A stretch of DNA of 64,000 nt from positions 16,206-80,205 of IMG/VR virus record IMGVR_UViG_3300025112_000005; one strand, 5' to 3'. Numbering within the stretch: position 1 is the first letter of the stretch; every line of letters starts with the position of its first letter. The DNA is from a virus. Positions 26,179-34,555 of this stretch are shown here, piece after piece. A model generated the notes under the pieces. That model was not told where the DNA came from. It saw only the letters and a list, made by a program, of their open reading frames with translations, and did not search any database. The position numbers and the translations under genes are program-made.

Positions 26179-27914
26179 GCTGGTGGGACCGCCTACGGGG
26201 GCGTGAGCCGGCGCCCTTGGTGGGCAGCGAGGCGTTCACGGACGCGATGGTGGCGATGGCGGTTGACGCGCTGGCAAAGGCGCAGTCGTTGGAGCCCAAG
26301 GGGAAGGCCCCCGAGCCCCAGGCGCACGATATCGACCCGTGGGACGTGTACGCCGCGGTGGGCGATGAGGGGATGCTGGGCCAGCAGCACCTTGGCACCG
26401 CGGGGCTGGACTACACCACGCTCATGTCGATGGCGCGGGTGCCCACGATCGCGGGCATCATCCAAACGCGGGTGAACCAGATCGGGGAATTCGCGTGGCC
26501 CGCGTACGAGGAGGGCTCGCTGGGCTTCCAGATGCGGCTCCGCGACCGGGAGAAGACCCCGACCAAGGCACAGCAGAAGCGCATCCACGAGCTGACGGAT
26601 TGGATGGTGAGCTGCGGCGACGAGCGTATCGGCTTCGAGCTGAACATGGAGAGTTTCCTACGGATGCTCATGCGCGACTCGCTGACCTACGATCAGGCGA
26701 CGTTCGAGGTGGTGCGCACGAAGGGCAAGGACGTGGCGGGGTTCGTGCTCGTGGACGCGTCCACGGTGCGCCGTGCGATCCCGACCGAGGAGGAGCGCGA
26801 CGCGGGGATCCGGCGCAAGGACGACCAGATCGCGTTTGTGCAGATCTTGGGCGACGAGGTGGTGGCCGAGTGGACGGCGCGGGACCTTGCCTTCTGCGTG
26901 CGGCGCCCGCGGTCGGCAATCGCGATCCAGGGGTACGGCTACCCCGAGCTGGAAGACCTGATCCGGGTGATCACCAGCATCCTGCACGGCGAGACCTACA
27001 ACGCGAACAACTTCACGCACGGGATGCACACGGCGGGGATTCTGGCTCTCAAGAGCAAGATGAACCCGAAGATGTTCCGAGCGTTCCGGCGCGAGTTCTA
27101 TGCGCTGATGAGCGGTGCGTACAACGCCAAGAAGACGCCAATCGTACAGCTCGACCCGGACGCGAAAGAGGAGCTGCAAGCTATCAACTTGAGCCAGTCC
27201 AACCGGGATATGGAATTCAAGGAGTGGATGGCATACCTCCAGAAAGTCGCGTGCTCGATCTACCAGATCGACCCCGCCGAGCTGGGCTTCGTCCACGGGG
27301 CGGAGAACCAGACCGGCGCGCTCTCCCAAGGCGGCCCCGAAGCGCGCATCACTGCGTCGAAAGAGAAGGGGCTGCGCCCGCTGTTGCGTGGCGCCCAGGT
27401 GTGGCTCAACCGCTGGGTCGTGTCCCAGGTAGACCCGGACTTCGAGCTGGTTTTCGTCGGGCTCGACAAGGCCCGGCAAGATGCGCAGTTCGAGGCGGAC
27501 CTGAAGCGGCTCAAGGGTTTTATGACGCCCAACGAAATTCGCGCGCGCTACGACCTGAAGCCCATTCCGCCCGAAGTCGACGGCGGCGCGGCCGACATGA
27601 TTCTGGATTCGTCGTACATGAACACGGCGATGCAGCTCCGCCAGATGGCCCAGATGGACGAGGAGGGCGGCGAGGAGCCCGGGGGCGGCGGGGGCGAGGA
27701 GCAGGGCGACGAGTCACAGGGCGAGGAGCCCGGCGAAGAGACCGATGCGTCGCAGGGCTGGGACATGGACGACGACGACGTGGACCTGGACGCGCTGTTC
27801 GGTGGACCCCAAGGCGATGAGCCCGACGACGACGACGACGACGACGAGGACGAGGACGAGGACGACGACGACGACGACGAGGACAAGGTGAAGAAGGCGC
27901 TGGTGGAGGTCTAG
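26175..27914 (+). CDS. Portal protein (SPO1/Twort-like) with an acidic tail
   Basis: IIQTRVNQI, RDSLTYDQ, GYGYPELE, DMEFKEW, IDPAELG, SKEKGLRPLL, TPNEIR. Confidence 0.93.
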   Translation: MSWWDRLRGREPAPLVGSEAFTDAMVAMAVDALAKAQSLEPKGKAPEPQAHDIDPWDVYAAVGDEGMLGQQHLGTAGLDYTTLMSMARVPTIAGIIQTRVNQIGEFAWPAYEEGSLGFQMRLRDREKTPTKAQQKRIHELTDWMVSCGDERIGFELNMESFLRMLMRDSLTYDQATFEVVRTKGKDVAGFVLVDASTVRRAIPTEEERDAGIRRKDDQIAFVQILGDEVVAEWTARDLAFCVRRPRSAIAIQGYGYPELEDLIRVITSILHGETYNANNFTHGMHTAGILALKSKMNPKMFRAFRREFYALMSGAYNAKKTPIVQLDPDAKEELQAINLSQSNRDMEFKEWMAYLQKVACSIYQIDPAELGFVHGAENQTGALSQGGPEARITASKEKGLRPLLRGAQVWLNRWVVSQVDPDFELVFVGLDKARQDAQFEADLKRLKGFMTPNEIRARYDLKPIPPEVDGGAADMILDSSYMNTAMQLRQMAQMDEEGGEEPGGGGGEEQGDESQGEEPGEETDASQGWDMDDDDVDLDALFGGPQGDEPDDDDDDDEDEDEDDDDDDEDKVKKALVEV

Positions 27915-30388
27915 TGCTCGACCGCATCCTGGGAGAGCTGGAGAACCACGAGCGGTGGGCGCGGTGGCACGAGGGCACGCGCCGGGGCGACTGGCACCAG
28001 CGGCAGATCCAACGCATCACCGAGCGACTGGCCAAGTGCGAACGGCGCCCCGTAACCGGCGCCCCCTTCCACGACATGCTCGCCAAGGCGCGAGCGCACA
28101 AGTACATCCGGCGCGTGCCCAAGCCGGGCGGGGGCTACCGCTACTTCTACGACGTGGCGGGGGCTCGCGGGCTCGCGCACAATGATGAGCTGGTCGAGGG
28201 CGCGAAGTTCAAGCACGAGGGCGGGCACATCGAGGTTGTCGCCCAGCACGGTGACCGGGTGCAGATCCGGCACGACGAGTCGGGCGAGACCCTGACCGTT
28301 GACCGGGAGGAGCTGCGCCAGAAGCTCCACGAGTACCACGCGGAGAGCATCGCCGAGCACAAAGAGAAGACGCGGCGCAGCCTGGAGGAGACGGGCCGCC
28401 ACGGGAGCGAACGGCAGAAGGCCCGCGAGGAGAAGAGGGCCGCCCGGTACGCGTATTGGGATGCTCCCGCGGTGCGGGCGCTGCTGTACCCCAAGCCCGC
28501 GGGGCTGGAGCATGAGCCCGCGCGCTCCAAGCCCGTTCACGTCGTCCCGTACAGCCAGATTGACCGCACCTGGGAGCGTGATATCCCCGCGCTGGCGAAG
28601 GCGGGGCTGAAGACGTACGACGACCTGCACAAAGCCGGGCCGGACAAGATCGCCGCGGTGCTGGGGCGGGGGCGGCGAGACGCCGCGCAGCAGCTTTGGC
28701 GCACGGCGGACATGCGCAGCGGGTCGAGCAAGGCGCGCGCGAAGAAGCTGCACGAGACCGACCACCCCGATTGGGTGCCGGATCTGAGTCAGTACGACGT
28801 GATTCTGGTGAACACGTCCGGGGGCAAAGACTCCCAGGCGATGATGGACCGGACGCTGGAGCTGGTCGATTCGCAGGGCATCGACCGAGCCAAGGTGGTC
28901 GCCGTACACGCCGACCTGGGGCGCGTCGAGTGGGAGGGCACCAAAGAGCTGGCCCAGGCGCAGAGCGACCACTACGGCATTCGCATGGAAGTGGTGAAGC
29001 GCCAGAAGAACGACCTGCTTCAGCACATCGAGCAGCGGTACTACCAGCTCACGAACCGGATCGCGGACACCAAGGCGCTGGGCGGGCTGGAGACCTGGGG
29101 CGACCTGTACGACATGCTCCCCGAGCCGAAGGGGAAAGGCGCCGCGGAGGAGCGGCGTTGGAAGGCGGAGAAGGCGGCACTGGCAGAGCAGATCGCCGCG
29201 CGGCTCCCCGATGCGCACACCGATTTTTGGCCGCCCGACTTCGAGGGCAACCCGAGCCTGCACCACACCGTCGACAAGCTGATCCGTGCGAAGTACATCG
29301 TGGACAGCGCGGTGAGGAATCGGAACGCGGCTACCAAGTGGGCGGCCAAGAGCGAGAAGGCCAAGGCGAAGGACAAGCGGCCGAAGCTGGCGGGGGATTC
29401 GCTGGATTGGGGGATGCCGAACCCCTGGCCGGACAGCGGGGCGCGGTTCTGCACTAGCGAGCACAAGCGCGCCAGCATCCGAGCGCTGATCACGAATCTG
29501 GTGACGGCGCACAAGAAGGCCAACCCCGGCACGGGCAAGCCGCGCATCCTCAACACGATGGGGTTGCGTGCGCAGGAGTCGAGCGAGCGCGCAAATAAGC
29601 TGCTGTTCGAGCACGACAAGGACACCAGCTCCGGCGCGCGGTCGGTGGACACGTACTTGCCGATCAGTGGGTGGTCCGAAGAGGAGGTGTGGGACCGAAT
29701 CCGTGAATCGGGCGTTCCGCACCACGTCGCCTATGAGCTGGGGATGCGGCGGCTGTCGTGCGTGTTCTGCGTGTTCGCGGACGGGCACGACCTGCTGACC
29801 GCGGCGGCCAACAACCCCAACCTGTTCAAGCAATACGTGGAGCTGGAGAGGCGCTCCGGGTTCACGTACCAGCAAGGCAAGTTCGCCAAGGAAGACGCGG
29901 CGAAGATGGCGGAGTCACACCCCGCGTACGCGTCGTTGGCGGGGAAGCCCAAGAGCTTCGCGGCGGTCGACGAGGCGCTGAAGACGTTCGCGGCGGAGAA
30001 CCCCGAGGGGTTCCGCGTGATGCAGCAGATCGCCGAAAAGAAGAAGGAACAGCACGCGGTGCTGGGGCTGGTCGCCAGCGACGACCTACGGGCGCTTCTG
30101 AAGGCGCTGGGCGTCGATGACGACGACGGTACGCACACCCTGCTGTCGGCGCTGCACCACAACCTCGCGCAGCTCCGCAAGGCGGGGATGAAGGTGCACG
30201 CGGTGCAGTACGATTACCGCCCCAGCGGCGCGGTGGTGCAGCTCGACACGGAGCACGACTCGTTCTTCTGCGGCTCGCTCCCCTACCCAGAAGCCTACGC
30301 AGGAAGCACCGCAGCGGCTATCATGGCGCGGGCCGCGGGACTCGACTACGAGGAGCACGGTAGCCCCGATCAGCAGGAGGCGGTGTGA
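27914..30388 (+). CDS. Giant protein 4: HhH + PAPS-reductase-family (DndC/SspD-related) PP-loop enzyme
   Basis: SGGKDS, HADLG, FCTSEHK, GLRAQES, LPI..W....VW, RLSCVFC; upstream HhH-like LAKAGLKTYDDL...LGRG. Confidence 0.88.
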   Translation: MLDRILGELENHERWARWHEGTRRGDWHQRQIQRITERLAKCERRPVTGAPFHDMLAKARAHKYIRRVPKPGGGYRYFYDVAGARGLAHNDELVEGAKFKHEGGHIEVVAQHGDRVQIRHDESGETLTVDREELRQKLHEYHAESIAEHKEKTRRSLEETGRHGSERQKAREEKRAARYAYWDAPAVRALLYPKPAGLEHEPARSKPVHVVPYSQIDRTWERDIPALAKAGLKTYDDLHKAGPDKIAAVLGRGRRDAAQQLWRTADMRSGSSKARAKKLHETDHPDWVPDLSQYDVILVNTSGGKDSQAMMDRTLELVDSQGIDRAKVVAVHADLGRVEWEGTKELAQAQSDHYGIRMEVVKRQKNDLLQHIEQRYYQLTNRIADTKALGGLETWGDLYDMLPEPKGKGAAEERRWKAEKAALAEQIAARLPDAHTDFWPPDFEGNPSLHHTVDKLIRAKYIVDSAVRNRNAATKWAAKSEKAKAKDKRPKLAGDSLDWGMPNPWPDSGARFCTSEHKRASIRALITNLVTAHKKANPGTGKPRILNTMGLRAQESSERANKLLFEHDKDTSSGARSVDTYLPISGWSEEEVWDRIRESGVPHHVAYELGMRRLSCVFCVFADGHDLLTAAANNPNLFKQYVELERRSGFTYQQGKFAKEDAAKMAESHPAYASLAGKPKSFAAVDEALKTFAAENPEGFRVMQQIAEKKKEQHAVLGLVASDDLRALLKALGVDDDDGTHTLLSALHHNLAQLRKAGMKVHAVQYDYRPSGAVVQLDTEHDSFFCGSLPYPEAYAGSTAAAIMARAAGLDYEEHGSPDQQEAV

Positions 30389-33300
30389 GCCAGCTCGGAC
30401 TCTTCAGCCACGTGGTCCAACAGGCGACGGCGAAGCCGAAGCCGAAGCCGAAGCCGAAGCCCGGGGGACACCACCACCCGCCCCCCGGCTACCACCCCGC
30501 GCCCCGGAGCCGTAAGGGCGGCTGGACGGACGGCAAAAACTACTGGTACCCCGGCGATCCGCACCCGAAGCCCCGGGCGGCGGCAGCCGAGCCCGAGCCC
30601 ACTCCGACACCGCACCCGGAGCCCGTGGCGCCTACGACACCCCCGGAGCAGGCCACCGTGTTCGGGGGCGAGCACAGCAGCGTCACGCAGGAGCCCGAGG
30701 AGACACCCGCGCCGACGGAGCCGACCCCCGCGGTGGTGGTTGAGCCCGCGGCCGAGCCCGAGCACGCCAAGCCTGACGAGCTGTGGGCAGACGAAGACGA
30801 CGATTTTGACGACCCCGACGGCGACGGCTTCGATCTGTGGGACCTGATGGCCGAGGAGGGCGTGGCAGCGCCCGAGGAGCACGAGGCGGAGCTACTACAC
30901 CCCGACTGGTCGGCGGAGCCGAGCGAGCGCCCCCAGGGGCAGGCGGAGCTGGTGGGCGAGGAGGAGGAGCCCGCGGAGGAGCCCGCGGAGGAGCCCGCGG
31001 AGGAGCCGGGGACCGAGCAGGAGACTGAAGCCGACGACATGGCGCGTCGGATGCAGGAGCGGTTGAAGGAACGCGCGGCGCAAGAAGGCGCGGAGCGCGA
31101 AGCCCGTGTGGCGGCGGAAGAAGCGCAGCTCGCCGAAGAGCTGCGGCTGGCGTCCTTCGCGTATGGCTACGAGGTGCCCCAGCACGCGGTGCTGCCCCGG
31201 GAGCTGGACGAGAAGGCCCGTTACCGGCTGTGGGTGAAGGACGGCGACGCGTGGACGCGTGTCGATGAGCCGGAGGGGGTGTTTCGGCACAAAGGGGGGA
31301 TGTTCCGAGGCGCTTGGGTGCGTCCCGTATGGGACCGGACGCTTGAGGCGTACGAAGGGCAGTCCCCCGTCTTCATGCCCAGCGACCGCGTTCCGGCGTC
31401 GGAGGCGTTGGGCGCGCTGATCAAGATCGGGGAGCACGAGGTCAGTCCCGACCGACCGCCGAATTTCCTGGGGTTGATCCCCGAGAAGCTGGTGCGTCGG
31501 CGCCTTGTCACGGTGGAAGACGAGGACGGGAAGCCCGTACGGGACGAAGATGGCCGGTTGGTCCAGAAAGAGGGCGCGCTGGCGGGCGCGGGTGCGTCCC
31601 GGCAATACCGGGATTACTACAGCGGCAACCTCGTTTGGGCGCACGACAACATCCAGTCCCAGGATTGCACGGACACGTGGCTGATCGAGTCGGGGTTCTA
31701 CGACGCGGTGCAGGGTCCGGCGACGGGGACCGACCGGCATGGCGAGCCGATCAGCCTGTCCGACCAGCAGCGCGACCGGCGGCTGGCGGTGCTGCACAGC
31801 AACGTCCAGGGCATCGACTGGCTGAAGCTGCGGGAGCAGAAGCACGTCAAGATCTGGGAGAAGACGCAGCGCGATTTGACGGCGTGGTGGACCAACATCA
31901 CCAACGAGCAGCGCGAGCACTTCTGGACGAACTACTGCCACCGGGACAAGCAGAACACGCTGGCGAAGACTGCGGATCCGCGCCATGAGCTGGCGGAGTT
32001 CGCCGTGCCGAAGGGCATGGAGAAGATGTCGGCGCTGCGGGGTCCCTACTGGCGGGAAGACGCCACGACCTGGGCAGACGCAGAGCACACGATCCCGTGG
32101 CACGACCGGGACCCCGACAACCCCAAGCACGGCAAGCCGTGGGACTTCCACGTCTACCAGAAGAAGGCGGCCAACTTCGTCGTGGACCATGCGCCGCGTT
32201 CCATCCTCGCGATGGAGATGGGGCTGGGCAAGACCCTAACCGCGCTGGGCGCGTTCCACGAGCTGAAGCAGCGCGGCGAAATCGACCAGATGATCGTAAG
32301 CGCCCCGGTGAGCGCGATGGGGAGCTGGGAAGAGCACTTCGGGGATCTGTCCGACGCGCGGGTGGGCATCGCGAACGGATCCAAGAAGCAGAAAGAGCGG
32401 GTCGTCCAGCAGTTCGAGCGCGGCGAGCTGGACGTGTTGGTGGTGACCACGGACGCAATCGCCATCGACATGAAGAAGGCGAAGGAGCTGGACGAGGTTC
32501 CCAAGGGCGCCAACAAGGTGACCCTCAAGATGAAGGGGAGCTATCGAGGCGCGACCTGGGAGACTTCGTTTCTCCACCGACGGACGGACGGGGAGGGTTT
32601 CTCGATATTCCCTGATACGCGCAAGCTGGCGGGGTGGGATGACATGCGTATAAGCCTGGGCAATCCGCTGGGCTACCAGAAGCACGCGCATGACGAGGAG
32701 CGAAGGCGACAGAGCGGCGGTAAGAGCTACAGCAATGCTATGGCGGAGGCCCGTCGCGCGATCTTAGAGGAAGCGCCCGAAGGGGCCACTATGCAGACGT
32801 ACGACGGCTACCTGCGCAAGATGGCTGACGGCACGTGGGCCGCACCGCGCGAAGATCGGGGCGGGTGGAAGGCCGGGAGGCGTACGTCTGATTCGATCTG
32901 TGGGCGGGGGGATCTGACGGTCTGCTCTGCCCGACACTTGTCCGGCGAGGTGAAGCGCATTCAGCTGGATGCGGGGGATGTCAAGCTCGCGTACGAGAAT
33001 CCCGAATCCAACAAGGCGCGTCTCCAGGCGATGATGGAGGCCAAGGGGAAGCGGACGCTGCGCGTTGCCGACGAGCTGCACAAGTTCAAGAACCCCAACA
33101 GCAACCGCGCCCGTGGCTTCTTTGACGTGTTCACCGAGCCCGAGGGGCGGGTGATCGGAATGACCGGCACGCCCAAGCCCAACGGGATGCAGGACTTTTA
33201 CACCATCATGGACCACGTGGCACCCGGCAGCCTGGGCGACACCTACGCCGATTTCTCGGAGCGGTACAGCTACCGTTACCGGGCGTTCGGGGCGGACAAG

Positions 33301-34350
33301 GTGGCGGGGCTCCGGCCCGAGCAGTTGCCGAAGCTGTACGAGGACAGCGCGCACGTGATGTTCGTGCGGACCACCAACGACCCGGACAGCAAGATCATCT
33401 TGCCCAAGCGCCGCGACCTGTCCCCGTCGATCCCCCTGTCCGATTTTCAGGAGAAGGTCACGACGGCCTTTGGCGAGTGGGTCGCGGTGAAGCGCGTGAT
33501 CCAGATCCTCGGCAACCGGGAGAACCCCGGGCCGGAGTACGAGGCGGCCGTGGAGAAGCTGGCGGCGGCTGAGCGCGGAGACATGGGGAGCGTTGCCCAG
33601 GTGGCCGCGTCGGGGGCGCATACGGACGCGCAGGTAATGCTGATGCGTGCTCAGCAGCTTGCGATCAGCCCGTCGTTGCTGTCCCCCGCCTGGGGCGAGG
33701 CAAACCCGGGGTATGAGTCGCCGAAGACGAAGCTGGTGGCCGATTCGTTTCAAGAGCACATGAGCCAGCAGCCCAGCACGGGCGGCGTGATCTTCTGCAC
33801 GTTCAACGACGGAATCGCGGAGATGCAGCGGGCGTTGGTCCGGCGCGGGTTCCGTGAAGACCAGATCGCCGTCTACAAAGGCGGCGTGACGCCCAAGAAG
33901 CGCGCGGAGATCCAGAAGAAGCTGAACAGCGGCGAGCTGAAGGTGGTGCTGGGCAACTCGGCGTCCCTACAGACCGGCGCAAACATGCAGAAACGCGCCA
34001 ATTTTGTGGCGCACCTGTCGACCCCGTGGGCTCCCGACGCACTCACGCAGAGCACGGCGCGCGTGTACCGGCAGGGGCAGCAGAACGTCACCACGATCCT
34101 GCGCCCCGTGGGGTCCGACGCGGAGGCGCTGGTGGAGCGGGTGGTCAGTCGCAAGCTAATGGAGGCGGGGCAGGCGACCGGCAAGACGATGGCGGCGGAC
34201 AAGGCGGTGGCGGAGACTGTCCGCGGGGCCAAGCTGGACGCCGCATCAATCGCGAAGGTGCTGGGCATCGACCCCGCGAACTTCGGCAGCGAAGAGCTGA
34301 CCGACGCGCTTCGTGAGGAGCTGGGCATGGAGCTTCCCGAGGAGGATTGA
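30385..34350 (+). CDS. Giant protein 5: SNF2-family helicase/ATPase with a long N-terminal mosaic region
   Basis: MEMGLGKT, ADELH, MTGTP, SPKT, TGANMQ, QSTARVYRQGQ. Confidence 0.92.
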   Translation: MSQLGLFSHVVQQATAKPKPKPKPKPGGHHHPPPGYHPAPRSRKGGWTDGKNYWYPGDPHPKPRAAAAEPEPTPTPHPEPVAPTTPPEQATVFGGEHSSVTQEPEETPAPTEPTPAVVVEPAAEPEHAKPDELWADEDDDFDDPDGDGFDLWDLMAEEGVAAPEEHEAELLHPDWSAEPSERPQGQAELVGEEEEPAEEPAEEPAEEPGTEQETEADDMARRMQERLKERAAQEGAEREARVAAEEAQLAEELRLASFAYGYEVPQHAVLPRELDEKARYRLWVKDGDAWTRVDEPEGVFRHKGGMFRGAWVRPVWDRTLEAYEGQSPVFMPSDRVPASEALGALIKIGEHEVSPDRPPNFLGLIPEKLVRRRLVTVEDEDGKPVRDEDGRLVQKEGALAGAGASRQYRDYYSGNLVWAHDNIQSQDCTDTWLIESGFYDAVQGPATGTDRHGEPISLSDQQRDRRLAVLHSNVQGIDWLKLREQKHVKIWEKTQRDLTAWWTNITNEQREHFWTNYCHRDKQNTLAKTADPRHELAEFAVPKGMEKMSALRGPYWREDATTWADAEHTIPWHDRDPDNPKHGKPWDFHVYQKKAANFVVDHAPRSILAMEMGLGKTLTALGAFHELKQRGEIDQMIVSAPVSAMGSWEEHFGDLSDARVGIANGSKKQKERVVQQFERGELDVLVVTTDAIAIDMKKAKELDEVPKGANKVTLKMKGSYRGATWETSFLHRRTDGEGFSIFPDTRKLAGWDDMRISLGNPLGYQKHAHDEERRRQSGGKSYSNAMAEARRAILEEAPEGATMQTYDGYLRKMADGTWAAPREDRGGWKAGRRTSDSICGRGDLTVCSARHLSGEVKRIQLDAGDVKLAYENPESNKARLQAMMEAKGKRTLRVADELHKFKNPNSNRARGFFDVFTEPEGRVIGMTGTPKPNGMQDFYTIMDHVAPGSLGDTYADFSERYSYRYRAFGADKVAGLRPEQLPKLYEDSAHVMFVRTTNDPDSKIILPKRRDLSPSIPLSDFQEKVTTAFGEWVAVKRVIQILGNRENPGPEYEAAVEKLAAAERGDMGSVAQVAASGAHTDAQVMLMRAQQLAISPSLLSPAWGEANPGYESPKTKLVADSFQEHMSQQPSTGGVIFCTFNDGIAEMQRALVRRGFREDQIAVYKGGVTPKKRAEIQKKLNSGELKVVLGNSASLQTGANMQKRANFVAHLSTPWAPDALTQSTARVYRQGQQNVTTILRPVGSDAEALVERVVSRKLMEAGQATGKTMAADKAVAETVRGAKLDAASIAKVLGIDPANFGSEELTDALREELGMELPEED

Positions 34351-34351
34351 C

Positions 34352-34555
34352 ATGGACACAGATCTGACCCCCCAAGAGGCTACGGAGCTGCTTCGGATGC
34401 TCTGCCCCGTCGGCGGGATGAACCCCGCGGAGCCGGAGCCCGTGGAGCGCGCGCGGTTGTGCCGGCGCCTCTACGACCACATCAAGGCGGACAACGGGCT
34501 GGTGCCCAACTGGCTCAAGCACGACGTGTCCAACATCGTCGGCCCCGCTGCGTGA
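34352..34555 (+). CDS. Small hypothetical protein
   Basis: GGAGG RBS; GTGA overlap with the next gene. Confidence 0.6.
   Translation: MDTDLTPQEATELLRMLCPVGGMNPAEPEPVERARLCRRLYDHIKADNGLVPNWLKHDVSNIVGPAA

Noticed and set aside
27825-27885. GAC/GAG microsatellite as a non-coding repeat
   Set aside because: It encodes the portal's acidic tail
30955-31010. GAGGAGCCCGCG tandem repeats
   Set aside because: Simple coding low-complexity linker (EEPA)n
29040-33040. Inteins in the PAPS-reductase or SNF2 insertions
   Set aside because: No N-terminal C/S splice motif, no C-terminal HN-C/S/T and no LAGLIDADG blocks seen
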